Below are positions 50,305 through 59,260 of a stretch of 64,000 bases of DNA, piece after piece. Position 1 is the first letter of the stretch. Every line of letters begins with the position of its first letter. This DNA comes from Candidatus Iainarchaeum sp. Its GTDB lineage: Archaea > Iainarchaeota > Iainarchaeia > JAADDC01. The translations under genes and the position numbers were made by a program. The stretch is from contig JASUTF010000001.1 of the NCBI GenBank assembly GCA_030445695.1, positions 882 to 64,881 of the forward strand, in the 5' to 3' direction. The notes under the pieces were generated by a model. The model made no database searches, was not told where the DNA came from, and saw only the letters and a program-made list of their open reading frames with translations.

Positions 50305-50424
50305 TGGTATTTATTGATTTGCATTTTTTCGTTATGGTGGTTTTTATACAGTTGAATCTGAACAATACGGAGCGGATTGATGAATCGGCCGGGCGTGGTA
50401 GCAGTCGGGTAGTCCTCTAACGGA

Positions 50425-51120
50425 CTAGAAGAGTATATGCGCCTTAATTTCGTACTCCCTTGCTACACGCATTATTTCCGCTTTGTCCGGCCGGAACGGT
50501 TCTATTCCGAGTTCCTTTACGTGCCTGAGCCGGTCAAAGTAGTAGAAATCCGCATATTTGTGCGTCTGCCGTACAATCTCCTCTACGTCCGTTTCCGGGA
50601 GTATTGGCCCCACGAACAAGTACGTTCTTATTCCATTCTCTTTTAACTTTTTGAGGGCTTCAATTCTTGCCTTTGGGTGTGGTGCCCTTCTTTCCGCGTC
50701 TATTCTCCGAGTGGATACGATTGTAAACCCGACAAGCGCGTCATACCTCTTTATTAGGTCTGCATCCCTCAGCACGAGCGGGCTCTTTGTCAGAATCTCA
50801 ATGTTCGCACCTTTAGCTCCAAGTACCCCTATTAGTTGCCTTGTCAGTTTCTCCTTCGCTTCTATAGGTTGATAGGGATCGCTCATGGAACTCATCCATA
50901 CTGTCATGCCCGGTTTGACAGATTTCCTGGCCAGTTGCACGGCATTCTGCTTTACGATTACCGTGTTGTCCCAATCGTCTAGTCCGTAGTACTTTTTGCC
51001 GTAGAGCCGCGCGTAACAATACGTGCAGGCGTGGTGGCAGCCAACGTAGTGGTTTATGGTGTATTTGCCCAGTGTACTCTTCGTTAGAATGCTCTTTGCC
51101 CGGATGTATTTGACGTTCAC
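50425..51120 (-). CDS. Radical SAM protein, SPL-like (COG1533 type)
   Basis: NHYVGCHHACTYCYA, SDPYQPIE and ILTKS. Confidence 0.88.
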   Translation of the reverse strand: MNVKYIRAKSILTKSTLGKYTINHYVGCHHACTYCYARLYGKKYYGLDDWDNTVIVKQNAVQLARKSVKPGMTVWMSSMSDPYQPIEAKEKLTRQLIGVLGAKGANIEILTKSPLVLRDADLIKRYDALVGFTIVSTRRIDAERRAPHPKARIEALKKLKENGIRTYLFVGPILPETDVEEIVRQTHKYADFYYFDRLRHVKELGIEPFRPDKAEIMRVAREYEIKAHILF

Positions 51121-51170
51121 GCAGTATTCTATGAGTCAGCGATTTTATTATCTTTCACTCCTTTTTGTTT

Positions 51171-51677
51171 ATGGAACTTCGAGATGCCATACTTGAGCGT
51201 CGTTCCGTTCGCTCCTTCCGCTCTGACCCCGTCTCAGAGGACCTTATAGACGAACTCCTCTCCTATGCACGGTGGGCGCCCTCCGCGGGCAACTTGCAGG
51301 ACTGGTTCGTTTACGTCGTTCGCAGCGAGGGGATAAAAAGAGCGTTGGCAAACGCGGCATACGGCCAGGACTTCGTGGCGGAGGCACCTGTCGTTCTCGT
51401 CATCGCTGCGGACCTCGAGCGCGCGGCCCACTACGGCGAGAGGGGTGTGACTTTATACTCCATCCAGGACACCGCCGCGTTTACATATGCTTTCATGCTC
51501 CTTGCACACGAGAAGGGCCTTGGAACCGTCTGGGTAGGTGCGTTCGACGAGAACGCGGTTAGAACTCTTCTGGACATGCCATCGCACCACCGTCCCGTCG
51601 CCATAATACCTGTGGGCTATCCCGCACACCCGCCAACGAACCCAGGACGGGAAAAAGTGAGGAAGAAAATAATCTGA
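51171..51677 (+). CDS. Nitroreductase family protein
   Basis: RRSVRSF, APSAGNLQ, GLGTVW and VGYP. Confidence 0.92.
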   Translation: MELRDAILERRSVRSFRSDPVSEDLIDELLSYARWAPSAGNLQDWFVYVVRSEGIKRALANAAYGQDFVAEAPVVLVIAADLERAAHYGERGVTLYSIQDTAAFTYAFMLLAHEKGLGTVWVGAFDENAVRTLLDMPSHHRPVAIIPVGYPAHPPTNPGREKVRKKII

Positions 51678-51678
51678 T

Positions 51679-53673
51679 TCAGAACGGCGGGCGGTATTTG
51701 CTCAGCGTTGCCGCGTTCACTGCAACGATTACTGTGCTCAGGGACATCAGAAGGGCACCCACTGCTGGGCTGAGGACGATTCCGTAGTTGTAGAGTATAC
51801 CTGCCGCCAGCGGAATGGCGACGATGTTGTACCCTGCAGCCCACCACAGGTTCTGGACCATCTTCGCGTAGGTTTTCTTCGAGAGGTCTATTATCTTCGC
51901 CACGTCCCTCGGGTCGTTTCTTACGAGGACGATGTCGGCGCTTTCTATGGCCACGTCGGTCCCCGCACCGATTGCAATGCCCACATCAGCTGTCACGAGC
52001 GCCGGTGCGTCGTTTACCCCGTCACCCACCATTGCTACCTTGTATCCTTTCTTCTGGAGTTCCTTTATCTTCTCCGCCTTCTGGTCAGGGAGCACCTCTG
52101 CGAAGTACCCGTCAATGCCCAGTTCTTTCGCCACCCACGCTGCCACGTCCTCTGCGTCGCCCGTGAGCATGTATACCTTCTTTCCCATGGACTTCAGTAG
52201 TTTCACCGCTTCCCTTGATTCCTCGCGTACCCGGTCCGCCAGGGCGATGCTCCCCAGGTATTTCCCCTCTTCTGCCACGTGGATGACTGTCCTGCCCTTC
52301 ACCCTTGCTTTTTCGGGAATATCCACGCCGATTTCTTTCATCAGACGCTCGTTACCCACGTATATCTGTTTTCCTTTCACAACCCCTGTAATTCCCTTTC
52401 CGGGTATTGCACGGACATCCCGTGCTTCAGGGATGTTTATGCCCTGCGCACGTGCATGTTCCACCACTGCCTGTCCTATTACGTGCTCGGAACCCCTCTC
52501 AAGGGCCGCGGCGTAGCGAATTACTTTTTCGTCCCCGAGTACGTCCACAACGCCGAACTTCCCTTCTGTGAGCGTGCCTGTTTTGTCGAACACCACTACG
52601 TCAACGTCCTTTACCGCCTCGAACGCCCTCCTGTTCCTTACCAGGACACCGTTCCTTGCGGATATCGCCGTGGATATGGCCACGACGAGGGGAATTGCCA
52701 GTCCGAGTGCGTGGGGGCACGCTATAACGAGGACCGTCACCATTCGCTCCAGCGCGAACGCGGGCATACCCACTGCCGTCCAGTACGTGTATGTTGCTAC
52801 GCCGGAGCCGAGGGCTACGTAGAACAGAAGCCCCGCCGCCCTGTTTGCAAGGTCCTGCGTTCTTGTCCTGCTCTGCTGTGCTTCCCGGACGATGCGCATC
52901 ATCTGTGCAACGTAAGTGTCGTTCCCCGCCTTTGTTACCCTTACCTTGATTGCTGCGTGTCCGTTCACGGAGCCCCCGATTACTTCGTCACCATCCTTTT
53001 TGTGAACGGGTCTTGACTCGCCTGTGAGGAGCGATTCGTCAACGTGCGTCTCCCCCTCGATGATTACTCCGTCTGCAGGTATCTTCTCCCCGGGTTTTAC
53101 CAGAACAACGTCCCCCGGTTTCAGTTCCGATGCGGGGACGTCCACCGTATGTTCTCCCCTCACGAGGTGTGCCGTTTTAGGTATGAGTTTCGCCAGTTCC
53201 TCCAGCGCCTTCGACGCCCCGCTTACGCTCTTCGCCTCAATCCAGTGGCCAAGGAGCATTACCACCACAAGCGTGGCCAGTTCCCAGAAGAAGTCCCTGC
53301 CCCCAAGGACAAATACGGAAAGGACAGAGTATATGAACGCCACGCTGATGGCCATAGCCACGAGCGTCATCATTCCCGGCTGTCTCTTCTTTACCTCGTC
53401 AACTGCACCGCGGAGGAAAGGCCAGCCACCGTATATGTATATCAGCGTGGCCAGTGCCGTCAGAATCTCCTTTCTAAATGCGAAATCAATGCTGAACCCG
53501 AACCACATCTGTATCATGTCAGATAGAAGCAGGACGGGTATCGTAAGGAGTAAGGACACGAAGAACCTGTCTCGGAACTCCTTCACGTGGTGAGCGTGGT
53601 CGTGCCCAGCATGAGCGTGATGTTCGTGTATGTGCCCTTTCCCGTGCATGTGGCAGTGTTCCCTATGCTCCAT
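51679..53673 (-). CDS. copB: Copper-exporting P1B-3 ATPase (CopB type)
   Basis: His-rich N-terminus, TGES, CPHALGL, DKTGTLT, GDGVNDAP, YN and MSLST. Confidence 0.94.
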   Translation of the reverse strand: MEHREHCHMHGKGHIHEHHAHAGHDHAHHVKEFRDRFFVSLLLTIPVLLLSDMIQMWFGFSIDFAFRKEILTALATLIYIYGGWPFLRGAVDEVKKRQPGMMTLVAMAISVAFIYSVLSVFVLGGRDFFWELATLVVVMLLGHWIEAKSVSGASKALEELAKLIPKTAHLVRGEHTVDVPASELKPGDVVLVKPGEKIPADGVIIEGETHVDESLLTGESRPVHKKDGDEVIGGSVNGHAAIKVRVTKAGNDTYVAQMMRIVREAQQSRTRTQDLANRAAGLLFYVALGSGVATYTYWTAVGMPAFALERMVTVLVIACPHALGLAIPLVVAISTAISARNGVLVRNRRAFEAVKDVDVVVFDKTGTLTEGKFGVVDVLGDEKVIRYAAALERGSEHVIGQAVVEHARAQGINIPEARDVRAIPGKGITGVVKGKQIYVGNERLMKEIGVDIPEKARVKGRTVIHVAEEGKYLGSIALADRVREESREAVKLLKSMGKKVYMLTGDAEDVAAWVAKELGIDGYFAEVLPDQKAEKIKELQKKGYKVAMVGDGVNDAPALVTADVGIAIGAGTDVAIESADIVLVRNDPRDVAKIIDLSKKTYAKMVQNLWWAAGYNIVAIPLAAGILYNYGIVLSPAVGALLMSLSTVIVAVNAATLSKYRPPF

Positions 53674-53817
53674 TCTCTCCTCACCAGTTACTATATGTTT
53701 TTCAGCAGTTTAACAATCCCCACTATTGCGAGTATAAATGTCCAAGTAGCGTCAGGAGGAAAAGGGGGCCGATAATCCGGCCCCACGTGCCCGTCGGGCA
53801 GCCAAACACATCCTCCA

Positions 53818-54132
53818 TCACGAGCGCTCATCCTCTATAAGCGCGTGCATCGGGCACTCGAACCCCATCGCTTTTTCCATTGCCTCCATATGTTCTTCCA
53901 TTATATCTCCGTATCCAGCCCTCTCCATGGCCTCGTGCATCTCCCGCATCTCTTCAACCATTACGTTGAAATCACCTCCCATCATCAGGGGCCCCATCAT
54001 CATTCCAGGGCCCACCATCATCGTCGGTGCCTGTCCGGCAGTTGCTGTGCCCATTCCCGCCGGCACGCCTCCAGTGTGTGCGGACGCGCCACCCATCATC
54101 AACGTGACCAGTAGGGGTATTATGTTCCACAT
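53818..54132 (-). CDS. Exported Met/His-rich putative copper-binding protein
   Basis: Signal-like N-terminus, MMVGPGMMMGPLMM, MREMHEAM, MEEHMEAM and CPMH. Confidence 0.7.
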   Translation of the reverse strand: MWNIIPLLVTLMMGGASAHTGGVPAGMGTATAGQAPTMMVGPGMMMGPLMMGGDFNVMVEEMREMHEAMERAGYGDIMEEHMEAMEKAMGFECPMHALIEDERS

Positions 54133-54190
54133 TTACATCACCTCGCTATTCATCGAGAATACATACGCTGCAACAACCTTTGTTGGTGTG

Positions 54191-54208
54191 TTTGCAACCG
54201 TTTCACAC
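54191..54208. promoter_or_regulatory. Putative operator (imperfect TGAAAC-N-GTTTCA palindrome), copy 1
   Basis: tttgcaaccgtttcacac in a divergent promoter region; similar to 56805-56822. Confidence 0.5.
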
Positions 54209-54241
54209 ACGTTTTTATTGTGGATGAACTACATATCTCTC

Positions 54242-54436
54242 ATGAAGCAGAACGTTGGAATGGTGGACCGAGTCGTCAGGGCTGTTGTGGGGCTTGTGGC
54301 ACTCTACTTTGCATACTTTGAGGCGACGGGGGCGTGGCAGATTGTTCTTTACGTTGTTGCGGCTGTGGGCATCATTACCGCGCTGACCGGCTACTGTGCA
54401 CTCTACGCGGTTCTCGGGATAAATACGAAGAAGTAG
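54242..54436 (+). CDS. DUF2892/YgaP-like small membrane protein
   Basis: MKQNVG..DR..R...G and GYCALY..LGINT. Confidence 0.85.
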   Translation: MKQNVGMVDRVVRAVVGLVALYFAYFEATGAWQIVLYVVAAVGIITALTGYCALYAVLGINTKK

Positions 54437-54900
54437 TCACTTCAGCAGGACAACGTTCGTCATGCCCCTTCTTCTCCTCTCAACGAATCCGCGGGCCTCC
54501 AGTTTGTCCAGGATTCTGGACACCTTGGACTTGGAGAACCCCGTTTTCTCCACTATGTCGCTCTGGAACATGACTCCCTCGTTCTCCTTGAGCAAGTCCA
54601 CGATTGCCTTCTCGTCCTCCCCAAGTTTTGCACCGTCCACTGCGTAACCCTTCCCGGAGGGGCCCTTCAGGGCAAGGTACCCGCCGATACCAGCCATCAA
54701 GAGCGCCAGCGTAATTCCAATGTATATATGAATGGGCAGCGTACCCCTGTGCGTGCAATAAACATCATGGAACTCTCCGCATGCCATCTCACAGGACTTG
54801 TTGGTTATATTGTACACTCCGCTGCGTATGCAGCCACGATGGTGAGGAAAATGACGCCCACGGCGGTAAGCACGTACCCCATTTCCCTGGTGAGGCGCAT
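54437..54900 (-). CDS. Membrane-anchored winged-HTH regulator (COG2512-like), frameshifted near 54817
   Basis: TM1 in one frame; Cys/His loop, TM2 and wHTH QSDIV..TGFSKSKVSRIL.KLE.RG..ERRRRGMTN in another; adding one G joins them. Confidence 0.75.
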
Positions 54901-54912
54901 GTATTAACGGTG

Positions 54913-55413
54913 TTACGAACCTGTTAAAAGTATGGGTGCCCCCAACTGTGCGAGAATGCTCAGGATTATTAGTGTAAGCACGGTCAGAACTATTGTCTGA
55001 CGTGGGAACAGTGCCCGCCTGTATTTCAGCAGGAGTTTCAGGCTTATTTTCGGCATTACATACGTCACAGCAGCCCCTACCACTATTCCTATTACCATTT
55101 TATCTATTCCAAATACCATGTAACGCAGGTCCCCCAGGATGTCCGCCAGTTTAAGCCCGTAAACTGTCAGCGCTACCGCTGCTGCGGACAGAACCGCGTT
55201 CTGGTACGGGAACACCTGTTTCATCTTCCTCGCAGCTACCATTGTGGACGATACAACAACTGCTCCCACCCACAGGCCGAACACCATGTCGTCCAGTCCC
55301 AGGAACCTGCTGATTACGGCGCCCGTTCCCACGGCTGCGGTACAGAGGGGGCAGTGTGCGAGCGCACTGGGGATTGCCAGAGCCAGCACAAAAACAAGCA
55401 GGGTGCTGCGCAT
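54913..55413 (-). CDS. HCPLC-motif membrane protein
   Basis: Signal peptide ending ALA followed by HCPLCT, then several TM helices. Confidence 0.75.
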   Translation of the reverse strand: MRSTLLVFVLALAIPSALAHCPLCTAAVGTGAVISRFLGLDDMVFGLWVGAVVVSSTMVAARKMKQVFPYQNAVLSAAAVALTVYGLKLADILGDLRYMVFGIDKMVIGIVVGAAVTYVMPKISLKLLLKYRRALFPRQTIVLTVLTLIILSILAQLGAPILLTGS

Positions 55414-55414
55414 G

Positions 55415-55582
55415 TCAGCACCCTCCGACCATTCCTGGAAGGTTGGTAAGCCTTTCTGCCACCGGCTGGGCAGAACTGCCCGCAACACTACTTATCCCAG
55501 TAATTGCCCAGGCCTGCACGGCCATCAGCACCACGATTACCGCGAGCAGTCCTATAAGCACCAAGTATGTTTTGTTGTCCAT
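55415..55582 (-). CDS. 55-aa membrane-anchored peptide ending LPGMVGGC (missed by the ORF track)
   Basis: MDNKTYLVLIGLLAVIVVLMAVQAWAITGISSVAGSSAQPVAERLTNLPGMVGGC*; SD GAGGTGA; fills the operon gap exactly. Confidence 0.85.
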   Translation of the reverse strand: MDNKTYLVLIGLLAVIVVLMAVQAWAITGISSVAGSSAQPVAERLTNLPGMVGGC

Positions 55583-55591
55583 CTTATCACC

Positions 55592-56029
55592 TCAGACACG
55601 CATGTACTCCTTTACATTCTCTCCCTTGACGGAGTATATTATGAACGGTCCAGTTTTTGGCCCTGGCATCCCGGGAGAGCCAGAGGGCATCCCCGGGAGC
55701 GCTATTACATCTACGTCTGGCATCTCTTCCAGCACCTTTTCTATCACTTCCACGGGAACGTGCCCCTCGATGATGTAGTCCCTGATTTTTGATGTGTGGC
55801 AACTCTGCAGGCCCTCTGGGATCTTCGCGGCGGTCTTCACTGACTCCATATTGGGCGTCTCTTTATACTCCACTTCGAATCCCCTCGCTTCAAGGTATTT
55901 TCCGTACTCAATGCAACACTTGCACGTTTTTGAGTAATATAGTTCTACCACCCTTCCGCTGGCGTTCCTCGGGAACAGGAGGAGGGATATGGCGAGAATC
56001 CCCACCACCGCGAGCAGTAGTCGCCTCAT
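55592..56029 (-). CDS. CopG/DUF411 metal-binding protein
   Basis: CKCC, SCHT, EGHVP and LPGMPSGSPGM. Confidence 0.9.
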   Translation of the reverse strand: MRRLLLAVVGILAISLLLFPRNASGRVVELYYSKTCKCCIEYGKYLEARGFEVEYKETPNMESVKTAAKIPEGLQSCHTSKIRDYIIEGHVPVEVIEKVLEEMPDVDVIALPGMPSGSPGMPGPKTGPFIIYSVKGENVKEYMRV

Positions 56030-56733
56030 CAGCAACCACCCACCATTCCCGGCAGGGCGCTTATCTCAGAGGGGTCCTTCCCTGCCACCTGTGCAGCTAG
56101 GGCAACCATGGGCTTCGGGAAGAACAGCGCTTTCCATCTCAGGACTTCCCTGAGAATCTCTGCATCGCTGTAATCCGTGTCTTTTATGAGGGCCATTGTT
56201 AGTGCCTGGAGCGCGGGGTTGTGCTGGCACCCGCAGCGTAATTCGCCCGTCGGTGTGATGCCCACAGGCCCAACGCCACAGCAGAACTCACAACTTATTC
56301 CCACGGGCTTTGTAGCAAGGTTTAGGTATCTGTTCCACTTTTCAGGGTCTTTCTTTAGTTCTTCCTTGAGTTTGGAGTAGCTCCTGTAGAGGTAGTTGAG
56401 GGAGTTAACGGGGTCGTCGTAGGATATGGGGATTTTGTCAGCGTATTCTGGCGTCCCGCTCGGTATTATTGCGTTTGCAATCTCCAATTCGCTCCTTGCC
56501 GACTTCAGCTCAGGAAATACGAGGAGCATGCTCATGGCCGTGGATGTTGACTTGCTCACATCCACGTTTGATATGTCCGTTTTACCCGAGAACCGCAGGA
56601 TTTGGTTCCCCGTAAGCTTTGCATACGTTGTGAGGGTGACCGCCGTGCTGTATCCAGCCAGTATCGCGGCCACAGCAAGCAAACCTATAATTACCTTCTG
56701 CAAAGTGTCCCTGTCTGCCATTGCGCCTGCCAT
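56029..56733 (-). CDS. Membrane-anchored Cys-rich protein ending LPGMVGGC
   Basis: N-terminal TM, ISCEFCCG, RCGCQHN, WKALFFP and C-terminal LPGMVGGC. Confidence 0.8.
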   Translation of the reverse strand: MAGAMADRDTLQKVIIGLLAVAAILAGYSTAVTLTTYAKLTGNQILRFSGKTDISNVDVSKSTSTAMSMLLVFPELKSARSELEIANAIIPSGTPEYADKIPISYDDPVNSLNYLYRSYSKLKEELKKDPEKWNRYLNLATKPVGISCEFCCGVGPVGITPTGELRCGCQHNPALQALTMALIKDTDYSDAEILREVLRWKALFFPKPMVALAAQVAGKDPSEISALPGMVGGC

Positions 56734-56804
56734 GTATACTCTCTTTCTGAAACGGGCTATATGAATGCGTTTGCAACACCTGTTCTTTGCTGTTGCAGTG
56801 ATGG

Positions 56805-56822
56805 TTTCAAACGGTTTCAAAC
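56805..56822. promoter_or_regulatory. Putative operator, copy 2
   Basis: tttcaaacggtttcaaac upstream of the MVGGC operon; nearby tgcaac...gttgca inverted repeat at about 56772-56797. Confidence 0.45.
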
Positions 56823-57424
56823 AGTTTTGCCACTCCTCTCTTGAACGTCTTTGCACCGCCGTGTGCCGGATGCCGAACGTACTTCGCTTCCACTCCAATG
56901 TCTTGCAACGCCCTCTCCGCTGTTCTCCCCACGGCGATTACTATCTCCGGCTGAAACGTGTCCAGCACCTCTTTCAGAATCGGAGCGAACGCCTGCACCT
57001 CGGAACGCTTCGGGCTTCTGTTATGGTAACCGTCCTTTTGAGTGGGCTGCACCATCACGGCGTTCCAGAGCAAGACAGGTTCACCAAGTTCGAAAATCGT
57101 ATCCCAGACCATCTTTGCAGTGATTTCAGACATCGCCTTTGTCCTCGTCGCTTTCTTTAGTTCCACTTCCAAAAATTCAGATATTTTTGGCAGAAGAACC
57201 TCTGAGCTCATGGGTACTCCCGTTCTTCGCATTCCTCTGTATCCCGGCGCCTCTGCAATGAACGCGATTCGCGGGCGCAGTTTGTGCATCGCCTCAAGGT
57301 ACCTTTCCAAGTTCTTTCTCCGTATTTCCGGGGCGTTGGGCAGGTCGTGCTTCTCATCCACGTCAGAAAAAGGGTTGAACGTGTTTGGGAGCCGTGTTTC
57401 AGCGATTTTATTCGCCAACGACAC
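56807..57424 (-). CDS. Uracil-DNA glycosylase superfamily protein
   Basis: AEAPGYRG..RTGVP, WNAV, NRSP, AVGRTA and RHPAHGG. Confidence 0.85.
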   Translation of the reverse strand: MSLANKIAETRLPNTFNPFSDVDEKHDLPNAPEIRRKNLERYLEAMHKLRPRIAFIAEAPGYRGMRRTGVPMSSEVLLPKISEFLEVELKKATRTKAMSEITAKMVWDTIFELGEPVLLWNAVMVQPTQKDGYHNRSPKRSEVQAFAPILKEVLDTFQPEIVIAVGRTAERALQDIGVEAKYVRHPAHGGAKTFKRGVAKLFETV

Positions 57425-59237
57425 GATTGACTTCCCCCGGGTTAGTCATGAATGTATTTATGCCGCAGCGTGTTTGGGCGCGTGCTGCTCCGTCACTTTT
57501 AACATGCTCCGTCACTTTTAACATCCTATATATTCCCACGCCCATAAGTGCGGATGCAGCCGCTAGGAACGCAGCAGATGTTACAAACAATGTTATTATT
57601 TCGAAGCCCTCCGCGAATGCCAGCATTACAAATCCCGCGGCGAAGAATACGAGAGATAGAAGCATATACCCAATGCCCCTCGCCGTGTGTTTCTGCACGT
57701 GTTTCGGGGCGTTTATCATCGTTTCCACGTATCTGCTGATTCCTGCGTACGTTTCCCTGACGATGGAGTAGAGCGGATATATTATCACGAGCATCCCGAT
57801 GACGAAGATGGTCCCCGCGCTCTCAGGATATTCTGTTGCGGCGTATCCGGTCAGGTATGCCACGGCAAAGATTACTGCGAGGTATTCCAGCAGTTTTTGG
57901 ACCTTTTTCTCGAACAACGCGCCCAGCACAGGGTTCCCTAAGAGTGAATCGTGGGCTGCATGGACTTGGAGAACGCTCTGGGACACGTCTGCCACCCTTT
58001 TGATGATTTTGGGGGTGCTCTTTTTTACAATTTTCTCCAGGATTTCCAATCTGTTTGAGAAGTATGCCGCCACCACGGTTGTCGCGAAGATGATAATGTA
58101 GAAAGCCCCCAGCAACTCAGAGGAGAGGGCCGGCACAATACTTGCCTGTTCTGCGGTCATTCCGAAGTATTTCAGGACGTTGGGATTGGTGAAGTCGAGC
58201 ATCTGAAGCATGGATAAGAAGAATAGTGAGAACTCACCCAGCGGCGTCATGAGAACCTGTATCTTTGCTATGGATTTTGGTTTTAGTCCCCCCAGCGTGC
58301 CTACGATGTTTACGGAGTAGACGGGCACCACAAGTAAGAAGAGCCCTATTGCAGCCACGAGGAGCGACGTTGTGGAGAACGTTACGTGGTACGCCACGCC
58401 AAGGGACGTGAAGAATATGAGTACGAACATATTCCTCAGCGAGGCGAGTTCCTGCTCAAGGCGCTTGGCGTGCACCGTTTCGGAGAGAATCATCCCAAGG
58501 AAGAACGCGGCTATGAGCGGGGACATCCCTATATAACTGGCGCTATATGCCACGATGAGTATGAGGGATGTTGCCAGCACCGCGAAGTTCTCCTTTGAGA
58601 CGAACTTGTCAAAGAAGCGGAGTACGCGTTTTGACAGGCGTGGGCCAATTGCCAGGAGAATAAATGCAAAGGTTATGGAGTTGAGCACAAGCTTCCCAAC
58701 GGGAACCCCCGTCGTGGCGCCCAGGAGGTATGCGATAATGAAGACAGAGTATATGTCCTCCAGTATCTGCATTCCAAGGGCAATGTGTGCCTCTTTATCC
58801 CTTTCCCAGCCCTTCTCTATGATTAGTTGTGCCGTTATCGCCGTGGAAGACACTGCAAACGCTGCGCCAAGGGCGAAATTTACTGCAAACGGGAACCCCA
58901 GAATCTTACCCAGTGTAAATCCGAGCAGGAACCCGATGCTGCTCTTAACGGGAGAAATCATAAGGGAGTAGATGCCTGATTTGCTGAACTTCTTGATGGA
59001 CACCTCCAGACCCATGTAGAAAAGCAGGAGCACCATGCCCAGTTCCGAAAGGTACTTCTGGATTTCTGAGCTTGATACGATGCCGAACATGTTCGGACCG
59101 AGAAGCAGGCCTGCCAGCAGGTATCCGAACACCGAGGAAAGGCCCAGTTTTTTCGTAATCTTGCCGAGGATGACCGCGGAGAATAGGAGTATGCCCAGTT
59201 GCAGAAACATGCTCGTGGTCGCAGCGTCTGCAGCCAT
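57408..59237 (-). CDS. CPA2 (KefB-like) cation:proton antiporter with extra C-terminal TM region
   Basis: GYLLAGLLLGP, LLFYMGLE, SSTAI, ILED, FFTSLG and GEFS. Confidence 0.9.
   Translation of the reverse strand: MAADAATTSMFLQLGILLFSAVILGKITKKLGLSSVFGYLLAGLLLGPNMFGIVSSSEIQKYLSELGMVLLLFYMGLEVSIKKFSKSGIYSLMISPVKSSIGFLLGFTLGKILGFPFAVNFALGAAFAVSSTAITAQLIIEKGWERDKEAHIALGMQILEDIYSVFIIAYLLGATTGVPVGKLVLNSITFAFILLAIGPRLSKRVLRFFDKFVSKENFAVLATSLILIVAYSASYIGMSPLIAAFFLGMILSETVHAKRLEQELASLRNMFVLIFFTSLGVAYHVTFSTTSLLVAAIGLFLLVVPVYSVNIVGTLGGLKPKSIAKIQVLMTPLGEFSLFFLSMLQMLDFTNPNVLKYFGMTAEQASIVPALSSELLGAFYIIIFATTVVAAYFSNRLEILEKIVKKSTPKIIKRVADVSQSVLQVHAAHDSLLGNPVLGALFEKKVQKLLEYLAVIFAVAYLTGYAATEYPESAGTIFVIGMLVIIYPLYSIVRETYAGISRYVETMINAPKHVQKHTARGIGYMLLSLVFFAAGFVMLAFAEGFEIITLFVTSAAFLAAASALMGVGIYRMLKVTEHVKSDGAARAQTRCGINTFMTNPGEVNRVVGE
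57486..57523. repeat. Perfect 19-bp tandem duplication
   Basis: tgctccgtcacttttaaca x2 (57486-57504 and 57505-57523). Confidence 0.95.
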
Positions 59238-59260
59238 GGTTCAATAATCTTGACATGGCT

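Noticed and set aside
50385-50428. ggccgggcgtggtagcagtcgggtagtcc, superficially like the Alu/SRP RNA 5' end
   Set aside because: Too short, with no SRP helix 6/8 motifs; probably a chance match next to a small hairpin.
55415-56060. GGC-TGA endings read as selenocysteine readthrough or a ubiquitin/MoaD-like GG terminus
   Set aside because: No SECIS-like element or beta-grasp domain was seen, and the next genes start immediately, so TGA is best read as a stop.
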